In this document: one piece after another, positions 37,401 to 49,400 of the stretch
How positions within the stretch are numbered: position 1 is the first letter of the stretch
Layout: each line of letters begins with the position of its first letter
NCBI GenBank assembly: GCA_050084985.1
Contig: JBITNC010000001.1
Location: 177,382,001 to 177,446,000 of the forward strand
Source of the DNA: Nageia nagi
Lineage: Eukaryota > Plantae > Pinophyta
Direction: 5' to 3'
Length of the DNA: 64,000 nucleotides
Translations under genes and position numbers: made by a program
The notes under the pieces: generated by a model
The model's database searches: none
Told to the model about the DNA's origin: nothing
What the model saw: only the letters and a program-made list of their open reading frames with translations

Positions 37401-40400
37401 ATTTCAGCCCTGAATATTATCAAAAACTCAACTACAGGTACCATCAGAATTGCAGCTGTAGCAGCCCCAAATATGTCCATAGATACAATTCCAAATAGGG
37501 TGTTTCTCCTAAGAGTCTTGTTCATCTCAATTGCAGCCACATGGAGTGTACAGGAATAACACAAAGACAGGTTTTTTTCACAAGGATAGATCTTCAAGAA
37601 TAGTTCAACTTGCACCCCATCTTGAGCAGCCAACATTACTTGTCTTCCAACATAATTCACATGAATGACAAACCTATGCCAATTGAACAAACTGCTGTTA
37701 TGATGCATTCAAGAATCAGAATCGAGTTCGTACCTTTTTGCATTGTCTCCATGGTTATTCCAAGTCTTAAAAGGGCACAAATGATGTCCTAGAGGGTAGA
37801 CGTCCTTTTCTAAGACTGCACAATTTCGTTTTCCTTCATCTCCTTGAACCGTATACTGGAAAGTCTTGACAATATTTGTCAATTCCTCAGAAATGGAACT
37901 AAGGAGAGAAACTGAAACTGATTTTAAGCAAGGACTATTACAAAAATCAATAATATTGTTGTGTAGGGAAACCAGAAACTAACTCATAGTGCCCTTTTTC
38001 CTCAAAGCTTAGCAATTTGGGCTCTTCAATTCCTCTTTCTTGCACCATAACACCTAGGTCCCAAGGCTTGAAATTTTGGGTGCTGTATAATGAAATTATG
38101 TGCATTGTGCTCTTCATGAGTGATCGTCTTTCTGAAGGCATGAGTCTCCAAATCTCCTATACTGAAATCATTATGAATACTCTTCTCCCATGGGTTGGTT
38201 TGAGAGTCTAGACCAAACTCTTCCAATTTAGACAATGCCTGCATTTCATTATCCTCAAGAATGACAAAGCTATGACAAGTTAATGTACTGCTGTCATAAA
38301 AATTGGAATTAACTTCACACTTGTCAATAACAACTCCTTTGTTGTTTCCTTCTTTACCATTTTTAATAGTGTCTAGCTCAAAGAGTGGATTCTTAACATT
38401 CAATTTAGCATCCGTCTCAAATAGTGGGTTATCTATAAACTAAGAATTACCTTCATACCTTTCAGCAGTGAATTCATGGTCGTTCCAAATCTCATAAACC
38501 CCTCTTTCAATACTTGCCCCATCTTCATTGCAAGAATAATTTTGATCCAGATCAGCTCCATCGATTAGTAATTTTGATTTATCTTTCTTGGCATAATGAT
38601 CAACATCAACAACATTACACTCTTCAATCTCATAGACTGAAGTTAGGGCAGATTCAAGCTCAAACCATGAATCATCCAATGGATGTATATCATCATCAGC
38701 GGCTATTTTAGCAACTGTAAAACAAGTTTCAATATTCTTATTTGTTTTTTCTCTTCCTTGATCCAATGTAGTAATAGGAATTGTTGGTTGTGCAGGCCCA
38801 AAACAGAATTTTTGTTGCAGCTCTTTCTCATTCACTTTTTTCCTTAAAATTCTCAAATAACTTTGGAAAGAAACAACATTTTTGAAATCTGCAGATTTAC
38901 CTTGATATTTCTGGAATAGGGCATCCATTTCTGAATTCTCATTTTGAATTGGCAGAGGATTTCCACCTTGATCCATCATTGCAAGTAATTGAGACAACTT
39001 ATCGAATAGTGTATCCATTTTCCCTTCATCAAACTTCATGGTGGCTCAAATGCTAGGTTTACTCAAACCCTAGGAATACCCAAAAATACTCCACAAACAA
39101 AATACTCAAAACCCTAAATAGGTAGATCACCCTTCAAATATATGAAATCAAACTTCAAAAGTGTCCAAAAAAATTTCCCAATACTGATCTACACAAACCT
39201 GAGACAAAAATACCACATATCACATCAAACAACTCCACACAAATATTTCACACTTAGATCTTATCACAAGTTGGCAGGAAACCAACTCTGATACCACTAT
39301 AATAACCCTAATTTAATTATTTGCTAACAAAATCAGATTTGTAAATAATATTAAAAAAATAGCACAAACCCTAAGATAACCACAAACGCAACACAACTTT
39401 TATTATATTTTTCCAGAAATAGAGATTACAAAGTTTAGCCAAAAGGGTACTCAAAAATGTGCTCATATATGCAAAAGAAGCTTCCCGAAGTTGGACATCC
39501 CTCTCTAGGGCACAACGGATTCTGAAAACTCTGCAATACAGATCCCCAAAAATGGCAAACTTCTCCCAACCCTTTCTGGACTGAAAACCCACTGAAATCT
39601 GAAAATGAACTCCATACAAACCCTGGATTCAAAAAATTGAAACACAAACCGTAAGTAAAAACTACGATTAAGCTCCAATGATAAACCCTAAATGGATTTA
39701 TCTCTCAACAATCCAAAGGAGCAGCCCCTAAATTTCCAACCAAATAGCGAGGTTCAGCCTTGTCTACCTGATTGAGCCTTCTGAAGAGTTCAGAATCAGC
39801 CCTAATCTCCAAAAGTGTGGTTGAAGATTAAGCCTCCTCACCAAGATCTCAAGATCATGAAATATCAACATAACATAACTCTAAAATTGAACGCTCAACA
39901 TATATATAGACATTATATTTCTTCGTTAAGAAATAAAACCCTAAAACAACTTAAAGCACCGTATAGCACTTTTATATTCTAATTCTTCATTGTGTGGCCC
40001 CCACAACTTAAACCTCATTATTCCTACAATACACTTAACATTTAAAATATAATATATTACTCGCCTAGCATGGACTTCCCCCTTCTCTTAGCATAAAAAT
40101 GACATAAAATGCACTTAAGTGAATGGGGAATTAAAACAATATTGCTAGAATTAAAATGGGGGCATTACAGTCCAATGTTGTTGAATATAGTTAGGAGTTT
40201 AATCATGCCTATCTTGAATTTTGATCATAGGAAGTGTTTCGCATAACAGGCCACTTGGGCAAGGGAATATGGTGGAGATATCCAAGTGAGATGGAAATAC
40301 CAATGGATTGGAGGAGAATGCTAGCCTTTGCAAACCAGCTCACTTGACGATCATTCCATGAGGCAATTTAATCTAAAAAGGAAATAATTAAATATGGATA

Positions 40401-43400
40401 TCTCCTTTGCTTGTCATGTTATCACCCACTATCAAATTCTACAGTATGGAAGATGGTCATGAAGATGTTCTCAAGATGAAGACATTGGATGGAAAACTCA
40501 TTCTATGCAATACATTGTTGAACGATCCTCTAGAAACATATCATACATTGAATGAAGAGAATCAGCACTTGTTCAGTATGTGCCCATTTTTTATGTCCCA
40601 AGCTAGGGCCCAAAGCCACAAAAGTATAAGGCTATAGGGTTAACAATACTCTTAAAGACGTGCATCTTTGTTGTTATATATGGAAATGAATTGTTCTTTA
40701 GAAGTGTAGATGGAGTCACAGCCCTTGCTATGTTATGATTGTGCATTAGGCTTGAGGGAAGGGCCTGTAAATCAGATTCTGAAGTACGTATAGAGTGTAG
40801 TGATCTCAACTGTCTTACCCTTATAATATAATTGGAACTTAGGGATAACCTGTGTTGTGTTGTTCACAACAAGCTGGTGGTGATCACAAATGGGGCCAAA
40901 GAATCAAGTTGTTATTGGATACCATTATGAGAGAATTCAAGATGAACCACACTATCAAGAAAGAGTAATAGGGCAATCAGAACATGATGTGAAATGCACC
41001 CATCATTGACATGGGCTTGGTGGGAGAGAGGTATCGTGTTTGGCACCAATCGTATTCCTAATTGCACTGAGAATCCAAAGACAGTCATAAAGAAAATGAC
41101 AACTTTCTCACAAAGCTTAATGATAGTGGTTATGATCTCAGAAATGCCAATGTCAGGTAACAACTGGATTATGTGAAAAGCCTACCTGAACTCTAGAAAG
41201 CAGCCGAAGATTTTTGAGAACTGTTGGCAAACCTCCCTGATTATTGCACAACAAATAGAAATACGATCAATAGACTGGAAATCATGTTTGAACCTGACTT
41301 TACCTTTTTGTCTTCATGTATTTTACTCCAACTCCACACAAAATTTCATGTCAAGGATTTTGGCATAAAGTATGGAAAACACATGTCCAATCATAGGAGT
41401 CCTGTAGTCATTAAGATCATATCTTTCCCCAGATCGGGTTAAATAATGTGCTGCGACTTGGAGGGAGGGAAGCTGGTGCATACAAACTCACTAAACAAAT
41501 GTGCGATGGGATATATAAGTGGGTCAATGCCATATTTGAGAAACTCAATTGAATTCCCTCACAATCAGCTTTGTTACTGGTACTTCTTCAAATGTCTACA
41601 GAAAGAAAAAGTTTTGAGATGTAAGGAAAGGGGAGACTTGGATACCAAACAAAAAATGTAAGATCTTGGTGTGCACCTTAAGATTTTCTATATGAATTTG
41701 GATTGATTAGCATGCTTGGATATAATAATTTATTCACTCGATTGGCTAACTCTTAAAACGTTAGAACATGTACTTTTTATATTTATATCGAACCTATGTA
41801 CATAGCATCCATTGCATTTTTTTCGTTCTGTCATTCTTGAAAAATTGTTTTTCTTATGTTATGGCACGCATATTTGTTTTTCGTTTGACCAATATGATCT
41901 AATTTGTCATACATGCAGCTTTGGTTGGCATGTGAAACTTGGATATTTGGAGCTGTCCATGATAAGATTATGGGTGCATGCAAGCAGATGTTTGCTGTCA
42001 AAGACAAGATTCTTGATGAGACTCTAGCAAAGCTGGAGCAGGTAACAGTATACATTTGTAATGATGCCAAGGTCTTGCATACAATTCAATGGTATTCCTG
42101 GCTTTCAGTGACAGATTTCACATTCAAAACTGGGCTATAAGCGAATTAATTGAATGCTTGTATCATTTTCCTTGTACATGCAAGATTTGATTGTATTGTG
42201 TACATCCATTTCATTTGTAAGGCCTGTAGTGATTGCCATAACGAATAGATAAAAATAGCAGTATTATTTTCTAAAAGAAATCTAGTATACAACTTTGCCT
42301 AGTACCTTTGTGTGGATAAAGTTTACTTTCATAAACAGTATGCATTCTCAACACATCTCTATAACAAATTATACAAAAATGACAACTTTGCATCTAATAT
42401 GATAAAAATGAATCAAGCAATAGAATGGCATGTACTCATCTTATCCCTTGGATGTCATCCCATTTGAATATTGAACAAATTGTCTGTAATGGATGTTATA
42501 TTTTATGTCTCATCATGAAATATATATGAACCTCATAGAAAAGGTGAAATATAAGTGTCAACATTAGGATTAAAAAGCAATACCATAGAAAGAGAAAGAA
42601 ACGATGAAATTTTATTAATGTCCACATGTGACCAAAGTAGGTTAATTGTTCTCGAAAATAGGTGCCTGATTACAAGATATTGAAGGAACCCTTAAGGCTT
42701 TAAGCTAGGGAATGTCAAAAGCTAAATATACAACCAAATCAAATAAATTAAGGCATTATATGAGAATTGGGCAAAATATGTGTTGTGGCTTCCACAACAC
42801 GCCCTAAAGTTTTTAGCAAATTTGGGGACCCACAAATTTTGGCAGTCAAGAGTCATCCAGCAGGAGTGACCAAGTTGAGGTTGCCCTGAGATCAAGAGGC
42901 GTTGGAAACAAAAATTGGTGAAAATGAACAAAAATTGGGTTTCTGGTAGCAATGGAGCAAGATTTTGGCTAAGTCTCCCTTTAGTGCATGTCTTCGAGGA
43001 GACAACCTTCTTGTCTCTTCCAAGATTTGTGCCAACCTTCCAGGAGCTTCGGGTGGCCATTTCGAGTAACAAAGACCAAAATTGACTAAGTTTGGAACAC
43101 CTCTTGCCTTAGCACAAGTCAGAAGGAGACAAACTCCTGGACCCTGGGGAGACTCATGTTGGGCTTGTCTCTTTCCCTTGTTGGCGCCAATGCAAGATAG
43201 GACATCCACTTTGACTACTCCAAGACCTGCGTTGGCCTCCTGAAGACTCATATCAATAAAAGGGTGAAATTGGCTAAGTCCCAGGCATGAAAACCCCTCC
43301 TAGACCCCAGCGCAAGTGTGATAGGAGACAAACGTCTTGTCTCATCCGAGATGTGCGTCCAAACCATGCATACTAACCTGGTGCAAGTGTGATCCAAAAC

Positions 43401-46400
43401 ACCTTGCATGACTCACCTGGGACTTGCACCAGCCTCACGGGGTTCGGGAAGACAACTTTGAACAATAATGATGAATTTTGGCTAAGTCCGAAGCATGTCT
43501 TCCTTGGGTGCAAGTTCGGACAGAGAAAACCTTCATGAATCTCGAAGGACCTGTGCCAAGCTCAAAAGCACCATTCTTGCGCAAGTGCACACCAAGACAA
43601 AGACGATGACCCCCTGGACTTGTGCTGGGCTTACTTGCATTTTTGGAGATGTAAAATCATGCTTAAAAGACAAATTCTCCCCAAAGTCGGTTGCAAATGT
43701 GGAGGGAGACAAGGTTCTTGTCTCACTTCAGATCTCCCTCAAGCCAGTTGGGCACAATTTTGAAGGGAGACAATGTTCTTCTCTCACTTCGGATCTCCCC
43801 CAAAGCCAGTTGGGCGCAACTGTGAAGGGAGACAAGGTTATTGTCTCACTTTGGATCTCCCCCAAGTCAATCTCCTCTTCCAAGCGCAAATCCAGACTAA
43901 GACAAAGGTGGTGACCTCCAGAAGACTTGCGCCAGCACTCCAGACTCTAGAAGATAATTCTGGGCAACAAAGGCAAATTTTGGCTAAGTTTGGAGCATTT
44001 GCACCCTAGCTGCAAGTCCGAGTGGAGACAAGCTCTTTGACCCCCAGAGATATGTGCCAGGCCTATCTCTCTTTGGTGCAAGTCCAAACCAAGACAAGAT
44101 TGTTGACTCCCAGAAGACTTGCGCTAGACTTGTCCTCATTCCTATTGGCTCAAATCCAACCTAAGACACCCATCTTGTCTTCCCAAAAACCTGCGCTGGC
44201 CATGAAGCCACATCTTGAGCGCATGGCATGACCAAGACAACCATTGACCATCCAAACAACTGCGTTGGGATTCCAAGTTCAAGTTCAGGGATAGGGACCT
44301 CCTCAACAGGTGAAGGTTTTGATCCAAGAATTGTAGAGGTGAAAAGAGCCGATGGGCTCCAATTGATGGCAGACATGGCATTTTGGGTGCAATATTTTAA
44401 TTTCCATTTTTATGCATAATTCAGTTATTTTGGACTCCAAATTTTATATATTTCTATTAAAGCCTTGTGATGGATGAGGATTTGCTCCCATAAGTGCGGA
44501 ATCAATCTTGTAGCGCCATGTGGTGTGTGTTTATTGGACCGTTGTTAATTAGGGTTAATTTAGGTGAATTTTATTTGAATTTGCATTAGGGTTAGGATTT
44601 CCTTGCAATAGCTATACGTAGCCCTAGAGGACTCATTTGTAGAGGATGGATTTTTTGAGAATGGAACTTTGAACATTTTGCAACTAGATGAGTAGAGTAA
44701 TTCTTTCTATCTTATACTTGTCTATTGTGAATGTGGCATGATCCTTTGGAATGAAAATTGCACAACTCCATTTCTTTTGGTACTATGAGCTTAGACATGT
44801 GATGTTTGTCATTGATATGTGTTGCTTAGATGCTTGGGACATTTCATACACTCCTTAAGGGGTGGATGAAAGAATGATTGAATATCTTTTTGAAGTGTTG
44901 AATGTGATGCATGATTAATGACCGTTCATAGTATGCAACTAGACTTGTATAACTTTGAAAGTGGGTTCTTCTATGACATTTAGTGTGTGAACTTCATCCA
45001 CATATTGAGAGTGTTACCTTTGTCCCTTAGACACATGCTTCCTTCACCAGACCTTTCGTGTTGTTGGCTGGTACAAGTGGATGTATCCTCCTTCTAGACC
45101 CTTTGTGTAGTTTGGCTAGAATGAGAGGATGTGTGGGTGTGTTTAACACACAAGAAACCCAAAGGAACTTGGCCTTTTAGACCTTGTATTCGTCGATGGA
45201 TTCTGATGCAAAGAGCTGAACTCATGTGCCTTTTGCCTTCTCAATGTCCCCTCCCGTTTTCTTTTATTTTACACTTTTTTTTCCCGCAGCTTTCGCACCC
45301 CCAATTTTATTTACCTTGTTTAAAAAACAACCCTTGTCAAAGTACAAAGACAATCTGAGTCCTTGATTAACAAATTTTATTTGAGTTGGTTTCAACTTCA
45401 AACATCCTAACCAGTCTCCTAAGTCAATTCTTGCACCGCTAGTCCTCATAGCGGGTAGGGGTAATGCCCTTTCACTTAGGTGTTGGTTCCTTCCACAAGC
45501 CTTGGAAGCCAATTTGCCTATTCGCAGGATAGGAAAGAAAAATGGTCCAATAGTATGTTCAAACAATAAAACACAATTGAAACTATGGATAGCAAAGTTA
45601 GATCTTATTGGTGATGAAGTGTTGGGCAATTGAGAAGCATGGTCATCATCAAGTCCTTTGACGGAACCAATACATGGTGAAATGATTCTCTCAGGGAGTT
45701 TTAGGGCTAATTGTGCTTGGATTGGCAATCTGTGAGGGAAACATGAATACAAGCTATTGAAGGGACCCACAAGGCTTAAAGCTAGACAACGTCTAAAGGT
45801 TAAATTGCAACCAAATAAAATAAAATAAAGTAATCAAAGCATGCTACAATAATTGAGCAAAGTATGTTAATAGTTAAAACAATATAGCATAATCGAAACT
45901 ATACATAACAACGTTAGATCTTATTGGTGATGAAGTGTTCAACAACAAAGAAGCATGGTCATCATCAAGTCCTTTTAAGGAGTCAATATACGATTGGATG
46001 ATGCTCATGGTGGGTTGCCAAGGTGAATTGTGCTTGGCTTGGTAAATTGGGAGGGAAATAGTATGTCATTTCACAAATTTCCTAACATCCAAGGCTAGTA
46101 GTGAATCTCATCAAGGATAATGTTTTTTGGCCTTCAATGTATCTAAGTCCACAACCCACTAGATCTAGATCACTTGTCGAAATAGGGTCATTGAGACTAC
46201 CAACTCCTACACCTACATGGGAGTACTCTTTTCTGGTCCCAAATTCTCGATGATAGAAGAAACCCAACCTAGAGTATGTAGAAGATACATATCCGTCTCC
46301 TCCCTTGAGAGGCAATGTGAGTAGCTTCCCTTCCAGGACATCCTGTCTTGGTTCAGTTATTCAATACGCTAGTCACTTACACGGTACTATATGGTGTTGA

Positions 46401-49400
46401 GGTATGGGGTCTTAGCTTGAGGGAAATAGATTGGGCTACGAGAGAGATGATCTTGGTCAATATATTATCCCACTCCATTTGGGGTAAGAGGATTGTCCCC
46501 CACCACATCATACTCATAGAATTCAGTTGCCAACCTCTTCACGTGTGGGACCTTGTAGCATTGAGTCTTTTCCTTTGATCCTTTCATGGATTTATAGTTC
46601 TAGGTGTCGTGCTTGACAAGGATTCTTTGATTATGGTGCTGCTAAAGAGTCATGCTTTTTGCTCCCTCCAGGTGAGGAAAGTTCAAAATTTATTTCATTG
46701 TTTTCTATAGTCTGTAACTTTATAGATTTAGGCTTTTACGAATTTATTTTTTTCTGGTTTGATTCATATTTTAGAATTGTGATGGACGCATTTTGGGCAT
46801 GGGACACCTGAGTTGCAAAGATTAATTATTGACATCCTTAGTCAAACATGTAACACTTCAAGCTGCGAGCACAATAGGTGTGCCTTTGAAAAAGTTCACT
46901 CAAAGAAGTGCAATAGGTTAGCAATTTGATTCATTTCAACTTTGATTCTCTTCATCTTTCAAGATTCAATGAACACTTCTTTAAGTTCTTACTTGCTAGT
47001 CTTACTAGTTCTCACTACGGCAAAATTTCTCTAATGTTATTAGGTTGAGATACAATGCTTAAATGATATTGTGTATGTTTATGTCAACCTACGATTGTTA
47101 GTGAGGCAAATGCAAAAGGATGATAAGGAACCCATTAACTTGTCTTCCATAGAGGAGGAGGAGGATGTAGCTGTGCACTTGGAGGATTCATTGCCTCTTG
47201 TGGACTTCGGTGTTAGACCTCAACCTGAGATTAAGGATGACTCTTCGCTTTACTAGTATCAAAGGAAGAGGTAGAGGCAACACTAAACATGATTGCCTCC
47301 TCGTAGTACTAGTAAAGCACCCTCTCCTAGTCCTACACCTACTAGTGGAGCACATGGTAGTTGTATTGGTGGTCAATTGACTAATGAAAGGGTTAGAGCT
47401 TTGAGCCATTGAGATTGATGCCTTGACATTGTATTTAGTTATTTACTAGTTTTTGCACTTGTTGCTATGTTGACATTTGACACTTGGTAGTATGATACTT
47501 ATGAATTATGAGTAGCCATCTAACATACATTTTGTAGATGACTTTGTATTTCATATGTTTTCATATATTGATGTTATGATTTATGAATATGAATTATGAT
47601 TCACTATCATTTCTTTAGATTTATGTCATGAATGTGTTGTTTGATGACATGGTCCATATGAGAATGATATATGGCAATTAGATAAGCATGTTCTATAGAA
47701 AAAAAATTTGCATATATATATTTTTAATGTATCATATCTTTTTCCTGTTTTTACCCTTTTTATGTGTTGCTTTTTTTTCCCATTTTTTAAAATTTCGCCC
47801 AAAGCTGTTTTTCCCTTAACTCGAATTTTTTAACATTGTTGCAAGGTTCCTTACTAGGGCCTTGGCCTCTTCGATGGACTTAGTAGCATATGGTTTTTGT
47901 TGGTGCTAGTTCATTGAGGTCTTCAATGCATTGTAGCGATTAGGCTTTTTACATGACTAACTACCTACCCCTATGCGGGGTTCGTCTACATTTCCTAAGG
48001 ATTCATTGACATTGATTCGTGAAACAATTTACATAGCATATATCCAAAGCACTTGGGTCACTCCTCAGCAACCCCTCATGCCCAAGTTACTCCACTACTC
48101 CTGACAATTCATTTAGATTGACAGAAGGTTGATTCCTGCCCCTAAGTACATCAGATTACACCTTCCTCTTGGTTTGATGATATTTCTCTATAAGTTCTAG
48201 GTTTGCTCACACTAGTCGTGAATTGAGACAAATCACCATCTAGCCTACGAGTTTAGGGTTTGTCACCTATGCTCATTAGAGATTGAATCTGAGGACCATT
48301 TCATCTAGGGAAACATGGGGACGCATCGCCCCACCTGAGGAACACGTTTCCCCGTCCTTGGGAACATGGGATGCCAAAGGGGACCTTTCCCTACCTTACC
48401 CCTTTTGGGGCAAATTACAAGTGTTGTCTCGGAAACGATTCCAGGCCTCAGGGAGCCATCCCCGAAAAAGGGGACGGCTAGGGGACATTTGACCGTCCTC
48501 GGAGATAATTTGACTGTCCCTGACCGTCCCCTTTGACTTTATAACATCAAAATTATAATTTTAATAATTTTATTTATGTAGAGCAAAGAAGCTAGTTGCA
48601 ATGCATAGCTCTCTTCGCCGTTGTGAGATAGTTAAGCAAGAGTACAGAGCATCTCCAGCTGCTCGATGGGATGTAAATCCAGACGATCTGAGCTAGATTG
48701 ATGAGGATGAGGATCAAGAGAGTTTCTTCAGTTCGATGATGTTGAGGAGGATAGCTTCTCAGATAGATCAGAAGAGGATGAGCCATTGGACTTAGAGTCA
48801 TTAGGCTTAGACTAATAGTTTTACTTTAGTTTTCATTTTGACTTCACGTATGACATGATCATTTTGACTTCACATATGAGTGATATGACATTAATTATTA
48901 ATATTATGTACTTGATTTAACTTAATGACATTATATAATTATGGGTCATTGATTATGCTATTAGCCAATTGCTCATTCATATTGAATATTATTATTTTAG
49001 TAACTTAGTTTCACTTTTAAATTTCAGTATTTTGAGTTTTCAATTTTGTATTTTTTTTTTAGTATTTACTATTTGATATTTGATTTCAAATTGAATATTT
49101 CATGAATAAATTCAATTATTGATTGAGTCAATGAATTGATAATATGAATGTAGATTGTAGAATTAGAAACTAAACTATCTTTATTTCTAAAAAATCTTAA
49201 ATTTATGGGAATTTTTACTAGTTATATACTTTTCGTTTCCGAGCCGTCCCTCAAATTAGGTACCTGTACCCTACCGTCCCTAGGTACGCATACCCCTGTA
49301 CCTAACCCATGTGTAACCTTGATTTCATCTTATGATGTTCAGTATACTACAAGATTCGAGGATGGTGTTGGGCCGTTTTTCTTTCCTACCCTACAAATAG

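Noticed and set aside
37091-37498. Cys/His-rich 135-aa ORF on the + strand resembling a metal-binding protein
   Set aside because: It is an alternative-frame, antisense read of the 24-nt TGCAGC-containing repeats in the LTR element; the Cys spacing simply tracks the repeat.
42722-44419. Cluster of 70-140 aa ORFs on both strands (also 50659-51870)
   Set aside because: They lie in GC-richer internal repeats of the long solo LTRs, with no protein motifs.
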